Below are positions 17,586 to 27,672 of a DNA stretch of 45,635 bases, piece by piece; the stretch's first letter is position 1, and the number at the start of each line of letters is the position of its first letter. The notes under the pieces are model-generated. The model did no database searches, had not been told where the DNA came from, and was given only the letters and a program-made list of their open reading frames with translations. The translations under genes and the position numbers were made by a program. Source of the stretch: an uncultured Collinsella sp. Lineage in GTDB: Bacteria > Actinomycetota > Coriobacteriia > Coriobacteriales > Coriobacteriaceae. The stretch is from NCBI GenBank assembly GCA_900545995.1, contig URBM01000001.1, forward strand, positions 1-45,635, read 5' to 3'.

Positions 17586-18863
17586 CTACATCACAGCGCG
17601 CAGCTCAAACCGATCGCCGTTAATGCGGAACTGACAGTTGCCGTTCATGCGTTCGACGGCAAGTTTGATGCTCTTGGTTCCAAAGCCGTGTCCGGTGTGC
17701 CCGGCTACGGGCACACCGTCGACCATGCGCGGCGCGCGGTCAAACGTGTTGGAAACTAACAGCAGCAGCTGGCCGTCCTCTAATCGCAGGTCAAAGTCGA
17801 CGAATCGCTTTCCTTGGGGTGCGGCGCTTGCGGCGGTGATAGCGTTTTCCAAGGCATTTGAGAGCACGCTAAACAGGTCGGCGTCACCTACGTGGATGGT
17901 TTCGGGTACGGCGGCGCGCAGGTTGGCGGTAATGCCGTTTCTATTGATATCCGAGTTAAATGACGAAAGCGCGATGTTTACGGTCTCGTTGGCGCAGAAG
18001 CGGCGTACGGCGGTGCGATCGCCGGCTTCGCAGAGTTCATCGATGCGTTTGAGTGCCTCGTCGGTGTGGCCCTCCTCAATTAAAGCGGCCAGGCCGCGTA
18101 GGAAGTGGCGCATATCGTGGCGAAGAATCGACAGCTCGCGCCCAGATTGACGCCAAGCCTCGAGCTCTTTGATGACGGCGCTGTCGCGGGTTTCGAGCAT
18201 CCAGCGCTCTCGCTCGGCAGCCTCTTTTTCTTCGTATTCGCGCAGGTAAACGGCAAGAAACATAAGATAGAAGGCACAGAGCGCAAATGCCAAAAACTCA
18301 ACCGTCACCACCGAGCCCGAGTGGAACAGCGTGGTGTAGACGTTGGTGGCATAGTCAAAGACGTAATAGACGAGCGGCAGGATTAAAAGGATGCCCAGCT
18401 CGGTGGTGCTTTTAATCGCCAAGCGCGGACCGGTGTCGCCGGCCCAATGCAACAGGACGGCAAAGACGGCGAGTGTGGTCGCAATACGCGCCAGATAGTA
18501 CGCGATCTGCGAATCGGTTGCGGCAAAGGCGGCGATGCCCATCCAATTGCTGAACTGGCAGCTCAGATAAGCACTCGTAATGCCGAGCGCGGCAAGCAGC
18601 GGGCTCAGGCGGTAGCGCGCACACAAATAGATGACGAGCGGCAGATGCACGACGAGCGGATATACCTGGCGGGCGAAAAGCTCGCCGCCGACGGCATTGG
18701 CGAGGCCAAATGCGCATCCAGTTACGGCACCGACCAGCACCAGTTCAAGCGCATGACGCCGGTTGATCTCGATACCGCACAGCGCCGCCGAGGCAAAGAC
18801 GCCAAAGAGTAGCGTTGTGGCGTGGTGGATAGCCCAAAGGATCATTTCGACCGAGGAGACCAT
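17586..18863 (-). CDS. Multi-TM GHKL sensor histidine kinase (AgrC/VirS-like)
   Basis: LRHDMRH H-box, SNALENAI N-box and GHGFGTKSI G-box; start overlaps the LytTR stop (TGATG). Confidence 0.9.
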   Translation of the reverse strand: MVSSVEMILWAIHHATTLLFGVFASAALCGIEINRRHALELVLVGAVTGCAFGLANAVGGELFARQVYPLVVHLPLVIYLCARYRLSPLLAALGITSAYLSCQFSNWMGIAAFAATDSQIAYYLARIATTLAVFAVLLHWAGDTGPRLAIKSTTELGILLILPLVYYVFDYATNVYTTLFHSGSVVTVEFLAFALCAFYLMFLAVYLREYEEKEAAERERWMLETRDSAVIKELEAWRQSGRELSILRHDMRHFLRGLAALIEEGHTDEALKRIDELCEAGDRTAVRRFCANETVNIALSSFNSDINRNGITANLRAAVPETIHVGDADLFSVLSNALENAITAASAAPQGKRFVDFDLRLEDGQLLLLVSNTFDRAPRMVDGVPVAGHTGHGFGTKSIKLAVERMNGNCQFRINGDRFELRAVM

Positions 18864-19585
18864 CAGCGCCTCCTGCCTTCGAAGCGCACCGCAAAGTAGG
18901 CGTCTTGGAACCCCTGCTTGCTGCTGCGCGACAGCGGAATGCACGCGCCGGAGCGCATGACGATGTCCGTGCGATCGAAGTGGTCGATGTTGCGCAAGTT
19001 GACCTGGTAGCTACGGTGGCATTTAAAGAAGGTGACATTTTGCGCCAAACGGTCCTCGACGCTGCGGAACGACTCGAGTGCCTCGATATCGCGTCCGTCG
19101 CGCAGGTGGAAGACCACGTGCTTGTTGCGCGCCTCGGCATATTCGATGTCGGACAGGCGCAGGGCGTGGTAGCCAAAGGACGTTTTGATCACGAGCTCGT
19201 CGGTCGCCGCCGGGCGCATGCTCGAAAGCTCGTCGAGTAACTGCGCCAGGCGTTCGTAAGTCACGGGCTTGAGCAGATAGTCGAAGGCGCGGACCTCGTA
19301 GGACTCCAGTGCAAACTCGGGCGATGAGGTGAGAAACACCAAGCGCACGGCGGTATCGGCCTGGCGCAATTCGCGCGCGGTGTCCATGCCGTTGACGAGC
19401 GGCATGATCATGTCGAGCAGAATGATGTCGGCGCGCGATGCGGCATGGCGGGCCAGCAGGTCCTCGCCGCGCGTGACGAGCGCAACATCGACCGCCGTGC
19501 CCGTCTCGGTCGACCAACGGTCGATCATCCGGTGCAGTTTATCTAGAAAAGTGACGTCGTCGTCGCAGGCAATAATCTTGAGCAT
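18863..19585 (-). CDS. LytTR-family response regulator
   Basis: CDDD, LLDMIMP and YLLKP receiver domain; FFKCHRSYQVN LytTR domain. Confidence 0.93.
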   Translation of the reverse strand: MLKIIACDDDVTFLDKLHRMIDRWSTETGTAVDVALVTRGEDLLARHAASRADIILLDMIMPLVNGMDTARELRQADTAVRLVFLTSSPEFALESYEVRAFDYLLKPVTYERLAQLLDELSSMRPAATDELVIKTSFGYHALRLSDIEYAEARNKHVVFHLRDGRDIEALESFRSVEDRLAQNVTFFKCHRSYQVNLRNIDHFDRTDIVMRSGACIPLSRSSKQGFQDAYFAVRFEGRRR

Positions 19586-19791
19586 TCGGCCCCCTTAGTA
19601 ATTCGATTTTGCCACATCGGGCACGCGCCGCTTGCGGAGACGCGTCCCATTTGCGCCCCGCGTCGTGCAACTCGCGCCGAGCGGTATTGCGGTGGCGAAA
19701 GATGCCTCCTGCGCCATCGAGAGCTCGGCTATCCTCAGCTTGCCAGTTCGAATATGGACCTGCCACATGATCGAATCTTTATTTCAACTTT

Positions 19792-19835
19792 ACACCTAGG
19801 TTTACAGCTGTCTTGTCAGCTGTAAACCTAGGTGT
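19792..19835. promoter_or_regulatory. NiaR operator upstream of nadA, within a 19-bp perfect inverted repeat
   Basis: Core TTTACAGCTGTCTTGTCAGCTGTAAA resembles the TACAnnTGTCTTGACAnnTGTA NiaR box as recalled; niaR is in the same operon. Confidence 0.75.
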
Positions 19836-19876
19836 CATACTAAAGCCCCAAGATTCGCCAAAAGAGAGGGGCCTTG

Positions 19877-20902
19877 ATGGCACAGAGCGCGAACATGGAT
19901 GCGTCGGAGCTTGCACGCGATATCGCGGCCGGCCTAGCATCGGCAACGACGGCAACGGAGCGCGCGGCACTGGTGCCTGCAGAGCTCGTCGAGGCCATTC
20001 AGCAACTAAAAACCCAACGTGACGCGGTGGTCCTGGCGCACTACTATGTGGCGCCCGAGGTCCAAGCCGTGGCTGATTGCGTCGGCGACAGCTTCTACCT
20101 GGCAAAGCTTGCCAAGAGCCTGCCGCAGCAGACCATCGTGCTGTGCGGCGTGGAGTTTATGGGCGAGAGCGCCAAGCTGCTCAACCCCACCAAGACCGTG
20201 CTGCTGCCCGAGCCGGGCGCGGACTGCCCCATGGCGCACATGGTCAAGCGCGAGACGGTCGACGCCGCCCGCGCCGAGTACGGTGACGACCTTGCCGTGG
20301 TCTGCTACGTCAACTCCACGGTCGAGATCAAGAGCTGGAGCGACGTGTGTGTCACCAGCTCCAACGCCGTCAAGATCGTGTCCGAGCTGCCGCAGCAGCA
20401 TATCCTGTTCATCCCCGATCAAAACCTGGGCCGCTTCGTAGCCGAGCAGGTGCCGCAAAAGCACGTCATTCTCAACAATGGCTACTGCCCGCGCCACCAC
20501 ATCATTACCGTCGAGCAGATCGTCGACGCGACGGAGGCTCACCCCGACGCGCTCGTGCTGGCGCATCCTGAGTGCAAGGCCGACGTCCTGGCGGAGGCCG
20601 ACTACATCGGTTCCACCGCCGGCATCATCAAGTACGCCGAGGAGTCCAACGCGAGCGAGTTCATTATCGTGACGGTCCGCGGCGTGCTCTACGAGCTCGA
20701 GCGCCGCTGCCAGGGCACCGGCAAGAAGTTCTACTTCCCCGCGGTGCAGCCCACCTGCGTCAACATGGACCTCATCACGCTCGAAAAGCTCGTGCGCTGC
20801 CTGGAAACGGGCGAGGGCGAGGTGCAGATCGGCGTCTCGGACGAGGCAGCAGACCAGGCCAAGCTCACGCTCGACCGTATGCTCGAGTACGCAGCGCGCT
20901 AG
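19877..20902 (+). CDS. nadA: Quinolinate synthase
   Basis: LAHYY, GDSF, CGVEFMGE, CPMA, YVNS and AHPEC. Confidence 0.95.
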   Translation: MAQSANMDASELARDIAAGLASATTATERAALVPAELVEAIQQLKTQRDAVVLAHYYVAPEVQAVADCVGDSFYLAKLAKSLPQQTIVLCGVEFMGESAKLLNPTKTVLLPEPGADCPMAHMVKRETVDAARAEYGDDLAVVCYVNSTVEIKSWSDVCVTSSNAVKIVSELPQQHILFIPDQNLGRFVAEQVPQKHVILNNGYCPRHHIITVEQIVDATEAHPDALVLAHPECKADVLAEADYIGSTAGIIKYAEESNASEFIIVTVRGVLYELERRCQGTGKKFYFPAVQPTCVNMDLITLEKLVRCLETGEGEVQIGVSDEAADQAKLTLDRMLEYAAR

Positions 20903-20957
20903 AACAATGTGGCATGAGGGATGGTCCCTTATGCCACATTCAAGGGAGAGGATTCCT

Positions 20958-22334
20958 GTGGAAACCAAGCAATACCCCGATATGGAGTGCGACGTCGTCA
21001 TTGCCGGCTGCGGCGTGGCGGGCCTGTACGCGGCGCTCAACCTGCCGACGAGCACGCGCGTGATCATGCTCTCCAAGGGCGCGGTCGACGAGTGCGACTC
21101 GATGCTCGCGCAGGGCGGCATCTGCGTGCTGCCCGAGGGCACGGACTACGATGCCTTCTTTGAGGACACCATGCACGCCGGCCATTACGAGAACCGCCGC
21201 GAGAGCGTCGACATCATGATCCGCTCGAGCCGCTCGGTCATCAACGACCTGCTAGCGATGGGCGTGGATTTTGAGCGCAAGGCCGATGGCAGTCTCGACT
21301 TTACCCGCGAGGGCGCACACAGCCGTCCGCGCATTGCCTTCCATGCCGATATCACCGGCAAGGAGATTACGACCAAGCTGCTTCAGGCTGTCCGCAAGCT
21401 GGACAACGTGCAGATTTTTGAGCACGTGGCCATGACCGACATCCTAACGGGCGAGCGTGACGGCGCCACGATGTGCACCGGCGTCGTCGCCGTTCCCGTG
21501 GACGAGAACAGCTCGGTTCGTCCTGCCGACGAGCTGGCAAATGCCGCCGAGGGCGTGCATGCCGGCGAGCCGTTTAAGATCCATGCCCGCCACACGCTGT
21601 GGGCGACGGGCGGCATCGGTGGCGTATACGACCATTCGACCAACTACCCGCAGCTCACGGGCGATGCCTGCTACATTGCTCAGGAGCATGGCATTAAGAT
21701 GGAGCACCTGGACTACGTGCAGATCCACCCCACGGGACTGTTCTCACCGCAGCCGGGCCGCACCTTCCTGATCAGCGAGAGCTGCCGCGGCGAGGGTGCG
21801 ATTTTGCTCAATGCCGCCGGTGAGCGCTTTACCGACGAGCTGCAGCCGCGTGACGTGGTCGCCGCCGCTATTCGCGAACAGATGAAGCAGGACGGTACCG
21901 AGCACGAGTGGCTGAGCTTCGCCCCCGTCGAACGCGATGTGGTGACCGGGCATTTTGCCAACATTCGCGCGCGCTGCCTTGAGGACGGTCGCGACATCCT
22001 GGACGAGCCCATCCCCGTCACGCCCACGCAGCACTACTTTATGGGCGGCGTGTGGGTCGACAAGGACGGCCGCACCTCGATGCCCGAGCTCTACGCCGCC
22101 GGCGAGACGGCCTGCAACGGCGTTCACGGCAAGAATCGCCTGGCTTCAAACAGCCTGCTCGAGGCGCTGGTCTGGGGTCGTCGCGCCGCGTGGTATATGC
22201 GTACCGGCGAGTCGCTGGCCGTGGAGCAGGCGGGCGATCCCGCGCTCGATGGCCGTCATCGCGCCCTGAGCGCCGATACCCTGGCAATCGATGATTTGGC
22301 CCGTGCCGCCGGCACGCAGGCCGTGGAGGAGTAG
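20958..22334 (+). CDS. nadB: L-aspartate oxidase
   Basis: GCGVAG, AQGGI, REGAHS, QIHPT, HYFMGG and HGKNRLASNSLLE; GTG start after GGAGAGG. Confidence 0.93.
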   Translation: METKQYPDMECDVVIAGCGVAGLYAALNLPTSTRVIMLSKGAVDECDSMLAQGGICVLPEGTDYDAFFEDTMHAGHYENRRESVDIMIRSSRSVINDLLAMGVDFERKADGSLDFTREGAHSRPRIAFHADITGKEITTKLLQAVRKLDNVQIFEHVAMTDILTGERDGATMCTGVVAVPVDENSSVRPADELANAAEGVHAGEPFKIHARHTLWATGGIGGVYDHSTNYPQLTGDACYIAQEHGIKMEHLDYVQIHPTGLFSPQPGRTFLISESCRGEGAILLNAAGERFTDELQPRDVVAAAIREQMKQDGTEHEWLSFAPVERDVVTGHFANIRARCLEDGRDILDEPIPVTPTQHYFMGGVWVDKDGRTSMPELYAAGETACNGVHGKNRLASNSLLEALVWGRRAAWYMRTGESLAVEQAGDPALDGRHRALSADTLAIDDLARAAGTQAVEE

Positions 22335-22337
22335 ACC

Positions 22338-23198
22338 ATGAATCCCATTACCATGAAGCTCGTCGTCGATGATCTGATTCTGCAGGCTCTGCGCGAGGAC
22401 ATTACCTTTGAGGACGTGAGCACGGCGAGCGTGTGTCCCACGGCGCGTCCCGCCACGGTGGAGCTTATCGCCAAGGCCGATGGCATCATCGCGGGCCTGG
22501 ATGTATTCGCTCGCACCTTTGAGCTGCTGGATTCGCAGAGCTCGGTGCTGTTTGATGTTGCCGATGGTGACGAGGTGCACGCCGGTGACCACGTGGGCCA
22601 GGTGCGTGGCGATGCGCGCGTGCTGCTTTCGGGTGAGCGCGTGGCGCTCAACTACCTGCAGCGCATGAGCGGCATCGCTACCTATACGCACCAGATGGCC
22701 GCGGCGCTCGAGGGCACCAAGACCGTGCTTGTCGACACACGCAAGACCACGCCGGGCATGCGCGTCTTCGAGAAGGCCGCGGTCGAGATCGGCGGCGGCA
22801 GCAACCACCGTTACAACCTGTCGACGGCCGTCATGCTCAAGGACAACCACATCGATGCCGCCGGTGGCGTGACGCGTGCGATCGAGATGGCGCGCGCCCA
22901 TGCATCGTTTACCACGACGGTCGAGATCGAGTGCGAGAACCTGGACATGGTGCGCGAGGCTGTGGAGGCCGGCGCCGACATCATCATGTTCGACAACATG
23001 ACCCACGACGACATGGCTGCTGCGATTGAGCTTATCGCCGGTCGCGCCAAAACCGAGTGCTCGGGCAACGTGGACGCCAGCAATATCCGCGCGCTCGCCG
23101 ACCTGGGCGTTGACTTTATTAGCTCGGGGGCGCTGACGCACTCTGCGCCGATTCTCGACCTCTCGCTTAAGCACCTGCGTCTGCTGGACGGTAAATAA
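22338..23198 (+). CDS. nadC: Quinolinate phosphoribosyltransferase
   Basis: ERVALN, DTRKTTPG, KDNH and ISSGALTHSA. Confidence 0.96.
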   Translation: MNPITMKLVVDDLILQALREDITFEDVSTASVCPTARPATVELIAKADGIIAGLDVFARTFELLDSQSSVLFDVADGDEVHAGDHVGQVRGDARVLLSGERVALNYLQRMSGIATYTHQMAAALEGTKTVLVDTRKTTPGMRVFEKAAVEIGGGSNHRYNLSTAVMLKDNHIDAAGGVTRAIEMARAHASFTTTVEIECENLDMVREAVEAGADIIMFDNMTHDDMAAAIELIAGRAKTECSGNVDASNIRALADLGVDFISSGALTHSAPILDLSLKHLRLLDGK

Positions 23199-23743
23199 TG
23201 GACGCCCGCGAGCGTCGCCGTGCCATCATAGGCGTGCTCGAGCGAGCCAAGGAGCCCGTTTCGGGCAGTGCGCTTGCTCGTGAGGTGGGTGTGAGCCGCC
23301 AGATTGTCGTGCAAGACATCGCCCTGCTGCGCGCCGATGGGCACGATATCGTGGCCACCAATCGCGGCTACGTGCTGCAGGAGGCCCCCAGCAGCCCCGC
23401 CGTGCCCACGCGTCTTGTTAAGGTGCGCCACAGCGTGGAGCAGGCGGGCGACGAGCTTACGAGTATCGTCGACGCGGGTGGCGCCGTTCTCAACGTGATC
23501 GTCAATCACCGCGTGTATGGCAAGATCACAGCCGATCTGGACATTCGCAACCGTCGCGATATCGAGCGCTATCTGGAGGGTATTGCCAGCGGCAAGAGTT
23601 TTCCACTGCTGACGGTGACAAGCGGCTATCACTTCCATCGCATCGCGGCGGAGGACGAGCAAACCCTCGACGAGATCGAGGCGATGCTCAAGGAGAAAGG
23701 CTACCTAGCAGACCTGATGCCCTACGAGGACGATCTATCGTAG
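23198..23743 (+). CDS. niaR: Niacin-responsive repressor NiaR (HTH_11 plus 3H domain)
   Basis: VSRQIVVQDIALLR, ATNRGY, HRVYG and GYHFH; last gene of the nad operon. Confidence 0.9.
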   Translation: MDARERRRAIIGVLERAKEPVSGSALAREVGVSRQIVVQDIALLRADGHDIVATNRGYVLQEAPSSPAVPTRLVKVRHSVEQAGDELTSIVDAGGAVLNVIVNHRVYGKITADLDIRNRRDIERYLEGIASGKSFPLLTVTSGYHFHRIAAEDEQTLDEIEAMLKEKGYLADLMPYEDDLS

Positions 23744-23860
23744 CCGACGCTGCAAACGCCCCTAAGCGGCAATCTGACGTTCAATCGTCGGTTGCGTACA
23801 AAAAGTACGCTTCCCTCCTCTTTCACGTCACCTTGCTCGCTTAGGGGTGTTTTCGCTGAC
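23741..23860. repeat. Family S variant with a different inner stem
   Basis: TAG-CCGACGCTGC-AAACGCCCCTAAGCGGCAA...TTGCTCGCTTAGGGGTGTTTT-CGCTG; the 15-mer GTCACCTTGCTCGCT also occurs at 5313. Confidence 0.6.
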
Positions 23861-23897
23861 GTGAGCTCAACCTGCGACGGTGCCAAATTAGTTATCC

Positions 23898-23947
23898 GCA
23901 CAAAAAAGGAGGCCTCCGCGGCGATGCGGAGGCCTCCTTTTTTGTGC
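23898..23947. terminator. Bidirectional intrinsic terminator between niaR and the ferredoxin
   Basis: 22-bp perfect inverted repeat including A6/T6 tracts. Confidence 0.85.
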
Positions 23948-23982
23948 ACGGTGTACTTTTGAGTGTGCAGGTGGGGGAGTTG

Positions 23983-24168
23983 TTACTCCTCGACGATCTC
24001 GGTGATCGCGCCAGCGGGGCAAGCGTCCTGGCAGGCGCCACAAGCGACGCAGGAGTCCTCGTCAGCGACGGTAGCGACGTCCTGGAGCTCCAGAACGCCA
24101 GCGGGGCAGGAGTCGACGCAAACGCCACAAGCGATGCACTCGTCGGCATCAATTACGGGATGAGCCAT
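23983..24168 (-). CDS. 2x[4Fe-4S] ferredoxin
   Basis: Two CxxCxxCxxxCP motifs in 61 aa; GAGG RBS. Confidence 0.95.
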   Translation of the reverse strand: MAHPVIDADECIACGVCVDSCPAGVLELQDVATVADEDSCVACGACQDACPAGAITEIVEE

Positions 24169-24390
24169 GGTAGTTTCCTCTCTGTTGACCGACGCTACAG
24201 GCGATGCGCGCCGGTTTGATTCGGGCAAAAACATACCACGGGAGCGACCGTTTGCAATACCCTCTGGCCGGCATCTTCATACCGTTCGCCGAGTATGCCA
24301 AGGTTTACTAAAAAACGCGCAGGTGGGGCCGTTGAGCTGCATAAATGTTAGCTAAAGGTGACTTGAAATATAGGGCGATTGAGCGTGCTT

Positions 24391-24564
24391 GCGGAAACCG
24401 CATCCCATTATTTTGTCGAAAAACGGGTTGCAGTTTCCGGTTAGGCCCGCTAGCGGAAAATGCGAGCCGGTATCAGCTCTCAAAACGGGATACGGTTTCC
24501 GGTTGAGCCTTCAGACGGAAACTGCGACCCGGAATCCACGTTCAAACCGGGATGAGCTTTCCGC
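24391..24564. repeat. 62-bp-period array of three imperfect palindromes (family P2), second array
   Basis: Units start at 24391, 24453 and 24515. Confidence 0.75.
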
Positions 24565-24690
24565 AAGACGGCCCCCAGGCACCCTCGGACCCAAACCTCA
24601 GCCATCTCTACATAGATCTCGATGGATTTGCCGAGAACTCAAACAGTGCGTCTACCTGCGTATTTGCGAACCTAAACTCTCGGCAATAAG

Positions 24691-24717
24691 AAATCTTATA
24701 TGAATTGACTTAGATTT
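24691..24717. promoter_or_regulatory. Putative HspR operator (HAIR variant) upstream of dnaK
   Basis: AAATCTTATA-N7-ACTTAGATTT; identical arms occur upstream of clpB. Confidence 0.7.
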
Positions 24718-24826
24718 TGTATATTCCGGCCCATAAGGGGATACACTACATCCTGAAAGACAAGCCGAAACACTGCTCGGCAGACCGCCGAGTCGGTGCA
24801 AACGCACAAGAGAGAGGGAATTTCTA

Positions 24827-26719
24827 ATGGGCAAGATTCTTGGTATCGACCTTGGTACTACTAACTCCGCTATGGCCGTTCTCGAGGGCGGTTCTCCGAC
24901 CATTATCGTGAACGCCGAGGGCGACCGCACCACCCCGTCCGTCGTGGGCTTCCGTGCCGACGGCGACCGCGTCGTGGGTAAGGCCGCTAAGAACCAGGCT
25001 GTCACCAACCCCAAGAACACCGTGTTCTCCATCAAGCGCTTCATGGGCCGCAAGTACTCCGAGTGCACCTCCGAGATCAAGACCGTGCCGTATGAGGTCA
25101 AGGAGGGCCAGGGCGGCCGTGCCGTCGTCGACATCGAGGGCAAGGATTACACCGCCGAGCAGGTGAGCGCCATGACGCTCGCGAAGATGAAGGCTGACGC
25201 CGAGAAGTATCTGGGCGAGACCGTTACCGACGCCGTCATCACCGTCCCGGCCTACTTCAACGACGCCCAGCGTCAGGCCACCAAGGACGCCGGTAAGATC
25301 GCCGGCCTCAACGTCAAGCGTATCGTCAACGAGCCGACCGCTGCTGCCCTGGCCTATGGCCTGGACAAGCAGGGCACCGACCAGCGCATCCTGGTCTTCG
25401 ACCTGGGCGGCGGCACCTTCGACGTCTCCATCCTCGACCTCGCCGACGGCGTGTTTGAGGTTCTGTCCACCTCGGGCGATAACCACCTGGGCGGCGACGA
25501 CTGGGATCAGCGCGTCATCGACTGGATGGCCGATAAGTTCCAGCAGGAGAACGGTGTCGACCTGCGTCAGGACCCCATGGCCCTGCAGCGTCTGAAGGAG
25601 GCCGCCGAGAACGCCAAGAAGGAGCTCTCCGCCGCCCAGCAGACCACCATCAACCTGCCGTTCATTACCATGAACCAGTCCGGCCCGCTGCACCTCAACT
25701 ACACGCTGACCCGCGCCGAGTTCGAGAAGATCACCCGCGACCTGCTCGAGCGCTGCAAGCAGCCTGTCACCAACGCCCTGCGCGACGCCAAGCTTAAGCT
25801 CTCCGATCTGACCGAGGTCATCCTCGTCGGCGGCTCCACCCGTATGCCCGCCGTCCAGGAGCTCGTCAAGACCATGACCGGCAAGCAGCCCAACATGTCC
25901 GTGAACCCCGACGAGGTCGTTGCCGACGGCGCTGCCGTCCAGGGCGGCGTGCTCACCGGCGACGTCGAGGGCATCCTGCTGCTCGACGTTACCCCGCTGT
26001 CGCTGGGCGTCGAGACCATGGGCGGCATCATGACCAAGATGATCGACCGCAACACCACGATCCCGACCTCCAAGACCGAGGTCTACTCCACCGCTGCCGA
26101 CAACCAGACCAGCGTCGAGATCAACGTGCTCCAGGGCGAGCGCGAGCTTGCCCGCGACAACAAGTCGCTCGGTAAGTTCCAGCTGACCGGTATCCCGGCT
26201 GCCCGCCGCGGCGTGCCGCAGATCGAGGTCACCTTCGACATCGACGCCAACGGTATCGTCAAGGTCTCCGCTAAGGACAAGGGCACCGGCAAGGAGCAGC
26301 AGATCACCATCTCCGGCTCCACTGCTCTGTCCGACGACGAAGTCGATCGTATGGTCAAGGACGCCGAGGCTCATGCCGAGGAGGACAAGAAGCAGAAGGA
26401 AGAGGTCGAGGTCCGCAACCAGACCGACAGCCTGTGCTACTCCACCGAGCAGACCCTCAACGAGCTGGGCGACAAGGTTTCCGCCGACGTGAAGTCCAAG
26501 GCCGAGGCCGCTATCGCCGACGCCAAGAAGGCGCTCGAGGGCTCTGACGTCGAGGCCATCAAGGCCGCCGGCGAGTCCCTGCAGTCTGTGGCCTACGAGC
26601 TGGCTCAGGTTGTCTACGCCGACGCTCAGCAGCAGACCGACGGTGCCGCCGGTGCCCAGCCTGCCGACGATGACGTCGTCGACGCCGACTACGAGGTTGT
26701 GGACGACGAGGACAAGTAA
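24827..26719 (+). CDS. dnaK: Chaperone DnaK
   Basis: [25 protein letters not shown] and NPDEVVA. Confidence 0.99.
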   Translation: MGKILGIDLGTTNSAMAVLEGGSPTIIVNAEGDRTTPSVVGFRADGDRVVGKAAKNQAVTNPKNTVFSIKRFMGRKYSECTSEIKTVPYEVKEGQGGRAVVDIEGKDYTAEQVSAMTLAKMKADAEKYLGETVTDAVITVPAYFNDAQRQATKDAGKIAGLNVKRIVNEPTAAALAYGLDKQGTDQRILVFDLGGGTFDVSILDLADGVFEVLSTSGDNHLGGDDWDQRVIDWMADKFQQENGVDLRQDPMALQRLKEAAENAKKELSAAQQTTINLPFITMNQSGPLHLNYTLTRAEFEKITRDLLERCKQPVTNALRDAKLKLSDLTEVILVGGSTRMPAVQELVKTMTGKQPNMSVNPDEVVADGAAVQGGVLTGDVEGILLLDVTPLSLGVETMGGIMTKMIDRNTTIPTSKTEVYSTAADNQTSVEINVLQGERELARDNKSLGKFQLTGIPAARRGVPQIEVTFDIDANGIVKVSAKDKGTGKEQQITISGSTALSDDEVDRMVKDAEAHAEEDKKQKEEVEVRNQTDSLCYSTEQTLNELGDKVSADVKSKAEAAIADAKKALEGSDVEAIKAAGESLQSVAYELAQVVYADAQQQTDGAAGAQPADDDVVDADYEVVDDEDK

Positions 26720-26721
26720 TC

Positions 26722-27564
26722 ATGTCCGCCCGTAAAGCTCGCACGGAGGCGGCTGCCGCTGGCGCCGCCCCCGTTGACTCTGAGGAGAAGGACGTGAAGA
26801 TTCCCGTAGAGGCCGTCGACGATACCGAGGCCAACGAGGCCGAGGCCGCCGAGGCTGCCGAGAACCAGGTAGAGGATTCCAACAAGGAGGCGACGATGAC
26901 CGAGGACGAGATGGTGGAAGCCGCTATCCGCGCCGGTGAGGAAGCCGCCGACAACGACTTTAAGCTCAAGTTCGAGCAGGCTCAGAAGGAGCTTGCCGAT
27001 GTGCGCAATGAGCTCGATGCCGCTGCAGAGGCTCAGAAGGCCGCCGAGGACAAGGCGAAGGACGCCACCGAGCGCACCGCCCGTCTGCAGGCCGACTGGG
27101 AGAACTTCCGTCGCCGCACCGCCAACGAGCGCATCGCCGAGCGCGAGCGCGCGACCGAGAAGCTCGTCACCGCGCTGCTGCCGGTGGTCGACGATATCGA
27201 GCGCGCGATCGACCACGCCCGCAGCCAAGAGCTTTCCGACGACTTTAAGCAGTTCGTCGATGGCGTTGACGCGGTGCATGCCAAGTTGCTCGATGTGTTC
27301 GCGCATGAGGGCGTTGAGCCCATCGACCCCAAGGGCGAGGCGTTCGATCCGCTCGAGCACCAGGCCGTGGGCCGCGTCGAGGACGCATCGCAGTACGACG
27401 AGACCGTCAACGACGTGTACCAGAAGGGCTACCGCATGGCGGACCGCATCCTGCGCTCCGCGATGGTGACGGTGACGTACGGTGGCGAGAAGCGCCCCGC
27501 GCCGGAGCCCGAAGCGGCGCCCGAGGATGCTGCGGCCGATACGGCCGAGAGCACCGAGGAGTAA
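26722..27564 (+). CDS. grpE: Nucleotide exchange factor GrpE
   Basis: RLQADWENFRRR, LLPVVDDIERA, FDPLEHQAV and QKGY..LRSAMV. Confidence 0.96.
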   Translation: MSARKARTEAAAAGAAPVDSEEKDVKIPVEAVDDTEANEAEAAEAAENQVEDSNKEATMTEDEMVEAAIRAGEEAADNDFKLKFEQAQKELADVRNELDAAAEAQKAAEDKAKDATERTARLQADWENFRRRTANERIAERERATEKLVTALLPVVDDIERAIDHARSQELSDDFKQFVDGVDAVHAKLLDVFAHEGVEPIDPKGEAFDPLEHQAVGRVEDASQYDETVNDVYQKGYRMADRILRSAMVTVTYGGEKRPAPEPEAAPEDAAADTAESTEE

Positions 27565-27567
27565 TTG

Positions 27568-27602
27568 AGAAGGGCCCCGGGGCAACACCCGGGGCCCTTT
27601 CT
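27568..27602 (+). terminator. Hairpin or terminator between grpE and dnaJ
   Basis: AAGGGCCCCGGG-GCAACA-CCCGGGGCCCTT followed by TCT. Confidence 0.6.
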
Positions 27603-27672
27603 GGCCTAGTGCCATATGAAAGCATGAGCCGTCGTCTGCATGGGCGGCGGACGTAACAGGAGAGGAGCTACG

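Noticed and set aside
24824..26374. 516-aa antisense ORF over dnaK
   Set aside because: Shadow frame typical of GC-rich, codon-biased genes, with no recognisable motifs.
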